Source: Callorhinchus milii (Eukaryota). From it: DNA of 64,000 nucleotides. The translations under genes were made by a program, and so were the position numbers. This document shows, piece by piece, positions 44,251 through 58,780 of this stretch (within the stretch, counting starts at the first letter, position 1; every line of letters begins with the position of its first letter). The stretch spans positions 27,094,001-27,158,000 of the forward strand of contig NW_024704746.1 in assembly GCF_018977255.1 (NCBI RefSeq), in the 5' to 3' direction. A model generated the notes under the pieces. It had not been told where the DNA came from. It was given only the letters and a program-made list of their open reading frames with translations, and searched no databases.

Positions 44251-47200
44251 TGGGAATTCCTTGAATCCCTCCCCATCAAAAACGAAACCATGAGAGCTGT
44301 GAGGAGAGTTCACACTCTGAATGAAGTGGTACAGCTGCTCCAATGCTCCCAATTTCTCCCCATTTAGGCTGATGGGGATTGTGTTTAAGCTGTTGCGCTG
44401 CTTTTGCATTTTGTAGGTTGCACAGAAATATATAATACACTACAAAAATGTCAATTGCATTTCGCCCACAAAATATACAGTCAATTCACTTTACAATATA
44501 TCCTGTGAAGTGCTTTGAGACGCCTCAAAGACGTGATAAGGCGCTGTATCAAATGCAAGAATTATTGTTATTATATGCACTTTTATTGTTTAATGGATGT
44601 GGAGTCCTGCAGCTCAGTGGTTAGAGCACTCGCTTTGCAAGTGAGAGACCTGAGTTCAATTCCAGGCAGAGGGCGAAACCTTGGGCAAGTTTCCTTACTC
44701 CACACAGAGCCTAATAATAATCCCTCCAAAACAATAATAAATTGGTCATTTTCAATCCATGACTGTTTGTGGGACATTGCTGTGCGCAATTGGCTGCCTC
44801 GTTCGCCCACAAATATACAGTTAATTCACTTTACAGTGTGTTCTGTGAAGCGCTTTGGGACGTCCTCCCGACTTGAAAAGCGCTATATCAAATGCAAGGA
44901 TTATTATTATTATTAATAATAAATATTATTTTACTATCATTACAAGCCTGAAAACGGCAGTTGTGTTTTAGTGGCTGGGTCTGAAGTTTGAACAATGAAC
45001 AACAACTTTATATAGTACTCCTCAAGCAGTCCCAGAGTGCTTGTAAATAAATGCCATTTACTGCAATAATTCTTTCCTCGATTGCCTCTTTTAACCAAAG
45101 GAACTTATTCCACTTTTCAATTTACCAACGCTGTGTCCTCGGGGCAGTCACTATATTCACTGATCTCCCGAGACAGTCCTGTTGTTCACTCTCATTCCAC
45201 ACAGTTGCCTCTCTCTAGTTTGTAAGTTGCTCTTTCCTTTCTTTGGCCATTTCTGATCACTTTACATAAATACTCGCCTTTCTGTGCCTTCCACCTCAGC
45301 ACCATCCTCCTGTGTATTGCACTGTTTGAAAAAAAACTGATAAAACACGAGTTCCCCTTGTTCGAAAAATAATTTCATCAAAGTTGATTGTTTTCGATCA
45401 AGACGCTCTTTTACATAAAACTACGTAAACTCCCTCTTATTGCATATGTTCATAGGTAGCTAAGCATTCTCTTCATCGTGTATCAACATGACTCCTCAGT
45501 GGTAGCCTCTGAATCGGAAGGTTGGAGGTTCAAACCCCACATCAGGACTTGGAATCGTGTACTCTAAACTGATACTCCAATATGGTGGCAGAGTCCTGCA
45601 TTGTTGGAAATGCCGTCCTGTGGATGAGACGTTAAAGCGTCGTCCTATCTGCCTGTTAATGGCATCATTCGAAATAAGAGAAGCGAATTTCTCCCAGTGT
45701 CCTGGCCAACAAGTCACCCCAAAAAATTGGTCACTCCCTCTCCATAGCTGTTTGTGCGCAATTGGCTGCTGCATTTCGCCTACAAGATATACAGCCAAAC
45801 ACTTCATATCCTGTGAAGTGGTATGAGACGTCTCATCGATGTGACAAGGTGCTATATCAAATGCAAGGATTATTATAAGAAGCATATGTTGTAATATTTT
45901 ACTGTGCCTCGATCCATCTTAGGAACCTATACTTTCAGGGATGACCTTAATGGCCCTTTTGATATCGGCTTTGTCTCTAACTAATCCTCAAAGCATTGCT
46001 TTAATTCCTAATGATTTCCCTTAAAAAAACAAAGTGTAACGTATTTTGTTTGTAATTAAATGTTTAATTTTACTTTATATATTAGACTTAACGATTTATC
46101 CATAAGATTCCTCATATTTATATTTAAATCATCAAATGCAACTCTAATGAATAACAGAACATACGATGTGAAGAACATGAAAGGCTGATCTCTACCCATT
46201 ATTGTGTCTCATTAGTCATTCCAAATCAGAAAGGACCTTTAAAGGTATGAGACATTACAAAAAATGTTAATTATATGCACCGATTAACTGAAATGACAAT
46301 GACAACATTATTTTTGAGAAAAATGAATTCCTGGTTATCCTGTAAATCTTTTGAATCTTTGAACCTCAAGACCAATTAGCCCATATAGGTTCAGTGATTG
46401 CCAAAATAACAAACAGTATACACCTGTGAAATTAGGTCAAGCTGCACCTCGGCAGCAACATGCAACTCAGGTTGTATCTTCAGCCCATCCATATTGAATG
46501 TCAGAAGTTTGACAGATCTGGCCCTCACGTTAGAACCTAATTGTGTATTCAATAGATTTCAATTGAGTTGAGTTGATACCCTGGTAATAATAATAATAAT
46601 CCTTGCATTTCATATAAGTGTCTTATCACATTGTTGAGATGGCTCAACGCTCTTCACAGAATATATTGTAAAGTAATATTTCTTAAGGATCTTAAACAAA
46701 GTAGTATTTTTAAGAAAAAACACACAAATTCATAGTGCCCAATGTTTTTACCACATAAATCAGGTCAAAAAAATGATCAAGGACTGTTTAAGGAACAACT
46801 AGAAAGGTAGGGAGTTCTTTAATAAAATTCAGATCAATTTAAAAATACGCTGACTGGCTGGCAGTTTTCTGTCAAGTTGTCTCTTAACTCCCATACTTGC
46901 CTTTTTCTTTCTACAGTGTACATTTTTTAACTCGTTGGACTCTGATGTAAATATAATAGGTTATTGATAACATAAGTTTGAAGTATTCTAAATGTGGTAT
47001 CAAGCTATACTTTCGGGATGGAGGGGAGAGAGGCTGTTCAACAATGATAATACTAATAATCCTTGCATTTGATATAGCGCCTTATCAAGCCTTCAAGACG
47101 TCTCAAAGTGTTTCACAGAATATACTGTAAAGTGAATTGACTGTATGTTTTGAGAGCGAAACGTGGCGGCCAATTGCGCACAGCAGCGTCCCACAAACCG

Positions 47201-50200
47201 TCATGGAATGAGTGATCAAATAATTCAGATTTTAGTTATTTTATATATTTTTAAAGATGATGAGCTCTGGGTCGGCCAGTACATTTCAGAGGTGAATATG
47301 AGTGGTGAAGTCCGCGTGTAATCTCCTGTTTTTGCATTTCCTTTACAGAAATTGGAATGGGACTAACAGGCTTTGGCGTGTTTTTCCTGTTCTTTGGCAT
47401 GGTCCTGTTTTTTGACAAAGCACTCCTTGCAATAGGAAATGTAAGTTTGTCTTTGTAAACATCTTGTGGGATTATCTCGTGTGAACTCATTGTGATGACC
47501 ATACGGTTTGATATACAGAAGCACTCAAATGCATTTATCATGTCCTTGTTTAAGAAAACGGAAGAGATCAACATTACCTTTAAGGCTTAGGCTTTTACAC
47601 TCGTGTCTTATTTTGTTATTTATAAAACATCTTTAGACTTTTGAAACACTGATTCTCTTGAGGGGTCACTGTGTAGCGTAATTACTGGATTTTAGAAGGG
47701 AACAATTCAAAATGATTTTGATCTGAGCTTTAATGTATAACTTGTGGCAAGATTCAAAGGATTGATTGTGTAATAGTACAAAACAGTGTCAAAACTGATT
47801 CACATAGTGCAGCTTCAACTAAGCGCCCTCGCAACGATATAAAATTAACCTGCGTTTCATTCTAGTCATTGATCACTTCAACAAATTTTCTCAGTCATTC
47901 GGTTTGATTTTATTCCTATTGCCTTGAAAAATTAGGGCAGTTGGTGCTTAGTTTCAGTATTATTTCACGCTTTATATATTCACATATCAGCTGTGGCTGC
48001 CAATCCAAAAATGTGCAGGTCAAGTGTCTGTGTGTGAGTCAGGGAGATTTTTTGCTCTCGCCCTCAAATTCCTTTGCCCCTGAAGTTGCTGATTCATGCA
48101 AAGTTTCTATTCCACAGGCACCAGTCTAGTGATTCCTTCTGCAAAACAGCTATTGTTTATGTGTAAGCCTATACAACTGGATAGCAATCCGTAGTATTTA
48201 TTTTCTCCTCCTTCTCCTCGCCGCCCCCTCCCACCGCCCCCAATTCATGAACAGCAAGAGTTAAGAGACGTTTTGCATACTTTGTGTGCACTGGAGATTG
48301 AGCTGATTAAAATAGGCCTCATTAGATGATTGCCTTAAGAGTTCCCAGGAATGGTGGTTGCCTGTAGATATCTTTATGGAATATTCCCTTGACCTAATTA
48401 TATACATCACTTAAAAAAAACTGGAATTTCCACACGTTCCAAACTCCCGAAACTGTTGTTGCTATTTTTGTCCTGTTCATTTTGTTGTTGGAAACTATTG
48501 TACATCTTACTTTATGAAATTAGATTTGAAATTTTAAAAAAAAAGTCAGCTAATTCAATAGTTTAAGTCCGTGTGCGAATCATGTTACCATAAAGGAAAG
48601 TTCCCAAATAAGCGCTGTTTAGTTACTTAAAGCTTTCTTGTAGGATTGGAATTCCCAACATTAATGACTGTTTTGGGTAAACCCACTTTGAAATGTGTTG
48701 AGATAATCCAATATGTTGATGTCCGGATCCAGGTGCTGAAGGAATGTGTTCTGTTTATTAACACATTTGTCTACAAAATACACAGTCACTGCACTTTACA
48801 GTAAATTCTGTGAAGTTCTTTGAGAGATCCTCCTGATGTGAAAGGCATTATATCAAATGTTGACTGAAATAGCACACTGCAACCTTGTTTATTTAAAAAT
48901 ATGGTATTTAAGTGCAAAATAATTTTAAAATAACATTTCAGATGGTTACATTAGGTAGATGATTACCTCAGGGTTCCCAAGATTATTATTTGCATTTTTA
49001 AGTTGAATTTAAGGTGTGTTTATTATCCACCATGCCCTTGCTTTTCATTTGTTTCAGACAGACTAATTATAACTAGCGTGTTTTCTCTCTCTCTCTGCAG
49101 ATTTTATTTGTGACAGGCTTGTCCTTTGTCATTGGATTAGAAAGGACGATCAGATTCTTCTTCCAGAAGCACAAAATGAAAGCCACAGGATTCTTTTTGG
49201 GTGGTATATTTGTGGTGCTGCTTGGTTGGCCTGTGGTGGGGATGGTTCTTGAAATCTATGGATTCTTCCTTTTATTCAGGTAGAAACTCTATAAAAGATT
49301 ATCGATTGTTTCAATATTCCTTTCTCTTTTTCCTCGCACTCCATGAAAAGTAAGATGTAAACTTTACCTTCAATGTGAGGCAATGCAAAATACAAACATT
49401 TCGCCCACAAAATACAGTCAATTTATTTTACAGTGTATTCTGTGACGCGCTTTGAGACGTCTCGAAGACGTAATAAGGCGCTATATCAAATGCAAGAATT
49501 ATTATTATTTTCATTCTTATGATAGAACATTTCAAGTTTAAAGTTTACTTTGATTACACCGGATTATGGAGGAACAATTCAGTGGGTGGAATTAATAAAT
49601 TAGCAGATTGTCAGGGCTAACTTTTGTAATATTTTGGGGATATTCAAAAAGCTAAACCTCAAACTTCACATCTTTCCAAAACAATTGGTGATTCACTTGT
49701 GAGACATTGCTGTGTGGAATTGGCTTCAGCATCCCCCCCAATAAATGAATAGTCACTACACTTTACAGTAAAACCCTGGGAAATGCTTTGAGATGTTTTG
49801 ATGACATGTTTAGTATCAAATGCAAGGATTATTATCATTTATTATTATTTCAAACAGATTTTTGTAAAAGCTTCACTTTTTTTCTTGCTTCTTGACAGGG
49901 GGTTCTTCCCAGTTGTTATTGGCTTTATTAGACGAGTGCCTATATTAGGCTCCATTCTGAATTTACCTGGATTAAGCTCAGTAAGTATACAAATATTCTT
50001 ATATGTATAAAAATCCTACCTGCGTCTGCAAAGCCTCTTTGTAATTTGTACTTCAAGTTTGTGCCTGCAAGTGAGGAACAAGGTGTAATTTGAATTATTT
50101 AGTGCACATTACAATTACAGCTTAATTGGAATTGACTAAAGTAGCATACGGCATTGTTTAGCGAAGATAAAAGGCTGCTAAATTTTAAAGGGATTTTTTT

Positions 50201-53200
50201 TAAAAAGGATTGCTATTCCTAAATCTACATTACATAGAGTTAATGAAGTCTGTTACGTAATTGGTGGTTCTACTGAACTCCAGAATTATAAGAGCAAAGT
50301 TTGATCACCATAAAATCCTGTGTCAGTTGACAAATGTATTATATGGTGTAGTATTAAGATCTGTGTTTTGCTCAGTTGAGACAGTTCTTGAAGGCATTAC
50401 AATTGGCTCAGTTGCCTTGGTTTATTAGCCAGGAGATAAAACAAAGTGGTGGTTCTGTTACTTATCAGTACTGGATTTTGCCGACTGAAAGTGTGAGTAG
50501 GATTAGCTACAGTGCCTCTGACACCCAGAACTTTGGCAAGGTAGTGAAATGCTGCTGGAGCTTATAGAAATATACCCAGCATGAATTGCCACATTCAGGA
50601 GAAAAAGGTAGGAAAGAGAGAAATGTTTCCTTACTCCACATGCATGACAATAATGCCTCAAGAAAAAAAGCAATAAACACTAAATCCACGACTGTTTGTG
50701 GCACATTGCTGTGCACAATTGGCTGCCGCGTTTCGCCCACAAATATACAGTCGGTTCACTTTACAGTGTATTCTGTGAAGTGCTTTGAGATGTCTCGAAG
50801 ACGTGAAAAGTGCTATATCAAATGCAAGGATTATGTTATTAAATGTGGCTGGAAGGAAACCTTCATTTCTTTTTTTTATTAAGCTTTTTCTCTTTCATCC
50901 ATTTTGTCATCTTTGTGCAGAGTTACTTTTCAAATAAGTTATTTTACAAACTTGAAAGAAACATGAAGGCAAAATATGAATGAAAAATGTTGGAATCGCC
51001 AAAGGGTCTCAATTAATACGAAATCCGGAAAGGAAAGACAGATTTTAGGTTCTGATGACTGGTCCTGTTTGACACTTTAATCTATGACTTTTTTCAGATA
51101 CTAATTGACCTGGTATGAATTTCCAGTGTTTTCTCTTTCATTTCAGATTACCAGCATCTGTTGATTCACATATTATTGCTAGGGTGAAGTGCTTATCCTT
51201 GGTAGTGCCCTAATATCTTTGCTAAGAAGTGGTTGCATTTTCACACAAGCTCATTTGCTCCATTATTTAGAGAAGAAGTGAAATTGTTTAGCTTGTGGTG
51301 GGTCACATTACTTGTACAGTAGTTGCTTCGCTTTGTCTTGAGCTTTGGTACTTCTAGATTTACTTTTCTATATACTGATTTCAGTGGAATCAGCTATATT
51401 TTACAATTCAGTACATGTGTAATGTGGTGAAGTGGCAAGTTTGTTGCATCAATTCAAAACACTCGTTTGCAATTTTATGTTTGCATTTCAGTTTTAAAGC
51501 ACGGGAGCTTCAACATTCCTTTAAACGATTGAGATCACTTAAAGCCACGATATAGTTTGCTAGCATTTCATTATGTTGGGTGTGGAACAGTGGCAAGGGT
51601 TTATTTCTGCAAATGCCTACTTTATAAGTACCTGATCTCAATTGTGTCCTCGACAGGCGCCAGAGGAGGGTGTGTTTCCCCACAGAATCACTTTAGTGAA
51701 ACTTGTAAGCCTGTAATTTCCCTTCAACTGTATGTGGCATAGCTGGAATTCAGTGAGCAATGAAGCCATCCTGTGTGACATGTAGAAAGCACATACTTTG
51801 TTTAGCAATTGAGTCTGTATTTGTGTCAAAGAGACAACAATGTGATCTCAACAATTGAAAGGTTTGAAAGTTACCGTTTAAAGTTCTACAGAACAAAGTA
51901 GACAACAGTGAGATTTAAAAGCTCACAGGGTTTGGTGATGAGATTCCTGTCTTTAAAACAGCGTCTTGTATGTCTAATCAAACTTGTTTTTGTTTAAAAC
52001 ACTGGAATGATCTCTACCGTTGGCATTACAGAAACTTGACAGAAAGCAGAAGATGGAAAGAGATGGACATAAGGTGGCATAATATTTTTTTTACAAAGAT
52101 AGACCTCTTAAGATAGACAAAGGAATGGCCATATTGGTAAGGGAAGATGTAACCAATATAAATCCAGTAGTTAGGTACAATAACAAGAGGGGAGAAGGCA
52201 GAAACACGAACTGAGGTCAACAAAATAATCATTCCTGTCTACTGATTGGTAGCTTGATAGTGCATAGATGTTTTACCAGGTGAGACTACAGAGGATTGTA
52301 ATGTGATAATGGGACAGTTGAATCCCAATGGCAGTAGGACATGAGGGACAATTAGAAGGGAAAAGTGCAAGTACTGTTTCATAGAGGTGATGGACGATTG
52401 CTTTCCAGTGCAACATGTGAAGCCAAGAATTAGGTGTATATAGTGAATGATATAGTGAATCCACCAAGACTGGTTGGTAGGTCAGTGGGTTAATGAGGAA
52501 GAAGATCGGGTTGGTTTCAGGTGATCGTTGTACAGGTTGGTTTGCTGTAATTGAGATCAAAGTAGAAAATAATAATTATTATTAATAGTGCAGCAATGCA
52601 AGGTGTAAGAGAAGCAAACAGTGAAGCTGTGAGAAATGCTGGAAGTCAATCTGGGAACGAAAATAAAACAAAGTTCTAAAGGGTTAGTGTACAAAAACAA
52701 CAGATCGGGGGAAGGTAGATATGTAGATACTGAAAAAAGGATAAGTGGAGCATCGTTCCAAAAAAAGCTGCCTCGTGCGAATTACACTGACTGGAATGTA
52801 GGAATGAGCACATCTAAGGTTTCCAATGGTTGAACTACGTGCTCATTTCATCAAATTAATTGTGTGAGGGGGAAGTGAGAATGCTTCTCTTACTGCGCTG
52901 AACCAGGCTGAAACAGGATAGAAAGCCAAACATGGGAAGGTCAGAGTGCCAATGTGAAATAGAATTGACGTGATGAGCTGTAAGAGCACATTTCACAAAT
53001 ACGATGGAGTTGTTCGATTTCTTGGTTTCCTGATGTAGAGTCGAACAGAATAAGGTTAGAGGTGATGCCTTCAGTTATACTTCCACTTGTTTTTACGCAT
53101 CCCATTTCAACTATGTGTTATATTCTTTTCAAACTTAGATTTCAAAGCATTTTCCTGTGGCATGCCCTGTAGGAAGAGTTATGTGAGTGGTCCTTATTTC

Positions 53201-55133
53201 TGGTTGCATTTAATTGGATTTTGAGTTCAAGTATGTTAAGTGGGAAACTCTTGTAATACAGTGCGTTAGCTATGAAAGATACCGTATGAAAGCTAGCCTC
53301 GTGCCTTCTGGATTGTAGCAGATCAGTTCAGTCGTTGTCCATTTCTTAGTGAGCTTTAAAGTGATTTTTTTGTACTAATGTTAACCCCCTTTATGATATT
53401 CAGCATTTTACAGTTTATGCATTCTCGTTCGTATAAAGGAAGTATAAAGCTGGGCAATGATTCTGAATGGAAATTCAGTAACAATACTGAGGGTTGTTCT
53501 AGTGAGTCTTAAATGGGTTTTAATGATATCAAACACAAAAGTGACGAATGTATCAGTAACTCCAAAAATCCTTATACGTTTCTAAATGACGTATCTGATT
53601 CAGAAAACAAATGCAATGTTTGATCCAATTAATCGAATTACTGGACAGTTGAAATTGAATCGGATTGAGTTGGCAAGAATTTCTCACTTGCAAGTTAAAC
53701 TGATTTTCCAAACTATTATTCTCTACCATTCGGTGTTGCTAATCCATGTTAATCTTGCATATTAGACACTGTGTGGGGCAGAAAACCCTCCTCAGGTATA
53801 AATGTTTGTCTCATGGCATTCAAATTTGAATCCCTGAGGCACGCCACTTTAAATTGTGGCTATTCGGTCTGTGTATCCTGTGCACTTTTACTTTCCTCAA
53901 ATATGCCTGCATGGAAATGTTTACCTCGTTCTTTGAATAACAGATTTGCTGGTGCTGTTTGTTAATATATGTTCCATTAAATATCTTTAAAGCTGACGAT
54001 ATCATAAAGGAGGCTGAGCATGAAGTACGTACCTTGTTATATTATTTTCTACATAACCTGGAAGGATGGGTTGAATCCATGAGTCTGTTTACCTCTCTTA
54101 AAACATCTAGATGTGTCGTAAAGCGGTTTTAATTAAAATGCAAGAAGGCTAGACAGTAATAAGAGAAGGGGTATTATTTTTTAATTGCTTTTTGTTAACT
54201 TTGCTACCACAACCCATTGCAAAATTGATTTTCAGTATAAAAATCGAAGTTCATTCAAAGAGTGTGTGAGTTGAGATCTGAACTGTGTTTCTTTAACCTA
54301 CAGTTTGCTTTACAACTTTGGCATTAGAGTTTAACTGAAATGTTTCTGATTCTTATTGTATAGTTCACATATACATACAGTATTTTGAAAGTTGAAAACG
54401 AATTTCACACTCAACTAGTGCGGTTTATTGAATTCCAACAACACAGAGTGGTGAGAGTGTATTTGTAGCCATTATCCTGCACCACATATCTCCATCTCTG
54501 CTATGTCGTGAAGCTGTGAATAAAGGCCTGGAAATTCCCAACAGGAAGTTCTAATTTGTCATCTCGTTCAAGGACATTTTCATGTTTTTAATACAGTAAT
54601 CGGTATTGACCGAGACCTGGAACCAGGTCAGGCAGGTGGGGAATAGTACCAAAAGATCCAGCTCAGTGAAAATAAGTATAAATGGGGAGCTTCAAAATGA
54701 ACGTCAATTGATAAGGATTCAAATTGGATAGGACACCATGTTCAAGATTCATTTCATCACAAGGAAGCTGTAAGGTTATGAAGACATAAAATTACTGTGA
54801 CGTTCTTTAATATATGTGTTTGTGTTTATATTATATATTATATATTTGTGTGTGTGAACTCTGTCACTACATAAGTGCATGGAGAGAGAGAGCGAGAGTG
54901 CTCCATTCAAGGTGGGTTAGTCATGCTAAGTCTCGAAGTACGTGAGGTGCTGTGAGTTTTGCATGGCAATCTTTACCTTCACTGGTTAAAACAGGAACTT
55001 TGAATATCACTGATGTCCGAGTTTAACAGACTATTTGTTGGCGAATAGTTTTCAACTATTTTGATGTTAATTGAGATTTCCTTCTCTTTTGCAGCTTGCA
55101 GATAAAGTGGGAGAAAGCAACAGCATGGTATAA
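43443..55133 (+). CDS. GOLT1B: Vesicle transport protein GOT1B (138 aa, 5 coding exons)
   Basis: Exons 43443-43467, 47349-47440, 49101-49279, 49899-49980, 55095-55133 (417 nt). Translates [39 protein letters not shown]...[17 protein letters not shown]...[15 protein letters not shown]...[10 protein letters not shown]. Head-to-head with RECQL as in mammals. Confidence 0.97.
44598..44915 (+). mobile_element. Full-length SINE, same subfamily as 2928-3277
   Basis: Head nearly identical to 2928-3060, with the same internal deletion and the same gggacgtcctcccgac tail. Confidence 0.88.
45490..45880 (+). mobile_element. Older DeuSINE-type element (SacSINE1/AmnSINE-like)
   Basis: tRNA-like head with B box ggttcaaaccc; Deu-domain-like tgccgtcctgtggatgagacgttaaa...attcgaa...ttctcccagtgtcctggccaaca; same 3' half and tail as the major SINE. 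Confidence 0.68.
47045..47225 (-). mobile_element. 5'-truncated SINE in GOLT1B intron 1
   Basis: Family body and tail signature. Confidence 0.82.
50620..50840 (+). mobile_element. SINE, degraded 5' part, GOLT1B intron 4
   Basis: Family body and tail signature. Confidence 0.8.
52270..53050 (-). mobile_element. Possible decayed Penelope-like element remnant
   Basis: Reverse strand ctctacatcaggaaaccaag near 53020-53040 resembles a frameshifted GIY-YIG LYIGETK segment; aaatgctggaa...aaataaaac at ~52634-52670 resembles shark Penelope-type terminal repeats. Recognition from memory only. Confidence 0.35.
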
Positions 55134-57060
55134 CACAGACAAATGGTGGACAACAGCTGCAGGAATACTGTATCATATTTATAAGGTTCATTTCAGGCAA
55201 ACCTTTCAAAAAATTCTATTTTACCAAGTTATCTATGTAGGAACAAATGAAACTGGGTGGCATTCTTTATATTAAAATATTTTTGTTGTAAGGCTACTGT
55301 TAGTGATACGTGTTTTGCCTGTAACAGAAAAGAGACAGTCATGTATAATTCCATGTTTTTTGACTCTGACCCTTTTTCAAAAATAAACTTCCCTATATAG
55401 GATGCTCGCTACTACAGTTCCTCCCAACAGGGAGGGCAGGATGATATGTCTATGGACCTCTCTTTAACCACCATTACTCCTAATCCATGAACAGCAGGAA
55501 TGGGGTAGAACTCCAATTGGATAAGATGGACCATGTAAGTTCTACTACCCTTGCAGTGGAGCATCTTGTTAACAAGTGACCCAGTTGAAAAGTCACAAAA
55601 CTCACTTAGCAAAATGTGAATTTCAAGCTGGTTGAGTTTTAAGACCAATTTTCTTCTGAGACGGAGCACATTGTAATATGTTTTGCTCCGTACGCTGGAC
55701 AGCCACTCCAAATCGTTCAATAAATCGTAGTGAGTTTGTAACCTTCAACCTTGGGACTGCATTGCCATTTTCTGTCGGAAGTCAAGTCATCAGCAGCTTG
55801 AGCAATCCGACCATTATTGAGTTAACAAATGTGGATTTGGCTCATTTTTTCTTAAGTTTCATACTTTTTTTTAAAACAAAACTAGTTTTATCTAGTTTAT
55901 AGGCGTGATCACCTTAGCCCAACCTTGCAGAAGTTTTTGAGCATAGTAAATGCCTGTTGTGTTATTGTGCCTGAACTTTACTTTCCTATGTGGAAGGCCA
56001 AGGTAATGAGATTTTATCTTTGTGAACTGCCTTATTGGGCACACAATTCCTACAGACACCTCTGACATTATGTACCTTTAACAGACGTTGATCGGACATT
56101 AAGATTTTTTTTAAAAAAAGAAAATAATTAGTTTCTCAAACACGTGAAATCTCTTTTTTGGTGTTTACAGTGCTTTTGTAAATGTACATTTCAAAACAAA
56201 ATGGTTTGCACTGAATTTTTTGAATTAAATATTCCCTCAATGCGGTGAGAATTGTTACTATAGTTTGATGAAACTGGTTGTCAGTATGACTTCTCTTCAA
56301 GCGCAGTGTGGGTAAAGCATCACATTAGTCTGTCACTGAGAACAAATCAACTATTGCAGCCAAAACCCAAATAACAGTAGCTATTGACTTCCAGCGGCAT
56401 TGGTGCTCTATTTAAAAAAAATAAGCATAATTAGTTTCTATTATAGCAGTTGACCTTTCATGATCTTTTACGAGCTCGAAGAATGATGTGATAACGCTTA
56501 AAAAGGTTCTGTTACATTATGCTGAATTCATTGTCAATACACAGTAGGTTCAGAAAGCAGATGACTTCTACTTAAACCCTGTTGTTGAAAAGCACTTAGC
56601 TGCTTGTTTAATCTTTATGGTCTAAAATACTATTTCATTGAAGTGCATGGTTTCGTCACAAAGTTGCTGTGTACAAGGCGGTGGTTCAGTTGATGTCGGA
56701 CACCATTGAAGACAGGAGGTAATTGAGCCATGAATATATTCAGAGAGAGGGTGTACTCTGAAAAATGATTCAGAACTTTTTAAATCTTTGTAACAATTAG
56801 CAGCAGTCAATGTCATAAGGCTGTTTTTTTGCACCCAAACAATACTGTACGTGTCAGTATTTATTTCTGTGACACCGTAGAGGGATATTTACAGTGTATC
56901 AGGCACATCTCCTAAGATTTCAAATTTTTGTATTCTGCCTCCCAACAGCAAACGGAGGAGTCAATGCATTGTGCATCATTTTGTGAATATATATATATAT
57001 ATTATATATATGTATATCCAGAACATGGGCATCTGTCACATTTGTAGACTAAAGAAAGCA

Positions 57061-57066
57061 AATAAA
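57061..57066 (+). terminator. Candidate distal polyadenylation signal of GOLT1B (proximal alternative at 55382-55387)
   Basis: AATAAA at the end of a ~1.9-kb repeat-free AT-rich stretch after the stop, immediately before repeats resume. Confidence 0.5.
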
Positions 57067-57119
57067 AATTGATAAGATAAAAACATTGTCAAAGGCTTAT
57101 CTTGAATTTGTATTTGTAG

Positions 57120-57560
57120 AAGCTTCAGTAGATATGTTTACCGATAGACCAGTCACTGGGGCAGGGACTCTTCCTAGTTGGTTCCTGTTAACCCTGCAAG
57201 TCAAAGCCCTAACGGGTAGGGTTGTCTTAGCTGGACAAGCAGTGGGAAACCTTGCCAGACAACGCTCTCAATGGCAAGCTGTGTGGGTTTAGCTGGTTTG
57301 ACTCCGGCAGTTACCCCAACACACACTCTGGGCTCTCCCCAAACCTTGGCTCTTGCCAACCTGCGCCTCATACTCTCCAGAATTGGGTAAACAGGATGTG
57401 TCCCTCCAGGGAGAGAGAGCGAGAGAGAGAGCGCATTCAATTCCAACAATCTATCTCTGGGATTTCCGTGTGTAGGTGGGCTGCGTGGATTTCTCAGTTT
57501 GGTCTGGATAGTTTTAAGTACGGTGATGGGTTTCCACGTGAGATTCCAAAAAAAGGTTTT
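57120..57560 (-). repeat. Longest copy of an unclassified dispersed repeat
   Basis: Shares long segments with ~1960-2190, ~20640-20900, ~22090-22150 and ~41875-42005 (e.g. ggaaacccatcaccgt, ggcgcaggttggcaagagccaagg, tcaatggcaagct, tccctgccccagtgac). Confidence 0.75.
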
Positions 57561-58616
57561 TAAAAGATAGACATGGGTTAAAACATGTTCCGGGATGGCA
57601 AAGACGAGTACAACCTTGATCCAATTATTAACGTATTGAAGAAATTATTTTATACCCATTAATAAATTACATGTTGATTCAGCCTCAATAGCAAAGAACT
57701 TTCCCTTCCCAGCTCTGCAGTAGAAACTCCCGTCTCTGTACAAGGGCTGAAACAGCAAATATGCAACACATTCACAATAATATAACACAAACGTTAAATA
57801 ACAAATGAATGTTCACTGACTCCTTAATGTTAAAAATGGACCCGACCCAAATTATGCAGAATATTGGATGTCCCGATGTTTGTATCCAAAGACCGGAATC
57901 GATAAGCGCAATTACATTTTGGCTCTGCAGTGTATTTATGAAAATGTTTCAATTTGAACTGGAATATCAGCATGGATCCCCTCACTGATTAACATTCCAG
58001 CATTAAATGCTGTAGCATGAATCCTCACACAGGTGCATGTAATCTTAGTGTACATTATGTAGAAAAAAACACCTGAATGTTTCACACCATTGATAACTTG
58101 AGCGCAAAGACAGAACTTCTTAAGCGCCATATGAGTCATGACAATATGCGTTGTGCCATATGTTTAACCTTATAGTTCGGACACAAAACCTTCTATAATT
58201 GCATATCTTTGCAAAATCATCAGCATTGCTCAGGAAAACTAGAATCAGCTCATGGTTTGACAGATATCTGTCTTTTGAAGATAATATAATTAAGATGACC
58301 TTTCAGGATCCCTAAAGAGTTTTAATATTGACGCACTTTCAGAACTTGACAGTTTAGCAAAGTTACTGTTTACTGATATTTCTCCCGGAAATAAGATAAA
58401 GGGAGACAACTTGACAACTTTCTGTGAAATCAGAAACACACCAGCAATACTTTTAATAAATATCTACGTTGACTTCAAATATCTATTGAATCATTGGGAA
58501 GCTTTTAAGCACTACTTGTCTAGTGGGAACCTTACTGGAAACTAGACAAATAAGATAAATAAAATTCAAGAAGACATAGTTCTCTCAGCGATGATGGAGC
58601 TACATATACAGACCTG

Positions 58617-58780
58617 CAATCCACGACTGTTTGTGGGACGCTGCTGTGCGCAATTGGCTGCCGTGTTTCGCTCACAATACATAACAGTCAATTCACTTTA
58701 CAGTAATCTGTGAAGCGCTTTGAGACATCTTCAAGACGTGATAAGACGTTATATCAAATGCAAGAATTATATATATTTTA
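58617..58780 (+). mobile_element. 5'-truncated SINE flanked by a 20-bp direct repeat
   Basis: Family signature; atggagctacatatacagac at 58594-58613 and 58793-58812. Confidence 0.83.

Noticed and set aside
41765-44264. Many overlapping ORFs of 60-170 aa
   Set aside because: Expected from stop-codon scarcity in a GC-rich CpG island and from SINE sequence; only GOLT1B exon 1 is supported.
51045-51165. CTGATGA followed by sequence resembling a Penelope-type terminal repeat (hammerhead ribozyme candidate)
   Set aside because: The GAAA core after stem II is missing (gacac) and the stems are not intact; at best a dead remnant.
58380-58580. WEAFKHY-like stretch resembling L1-clade ORF2
   Set aside because: Too short and degraded to support a call by eye.
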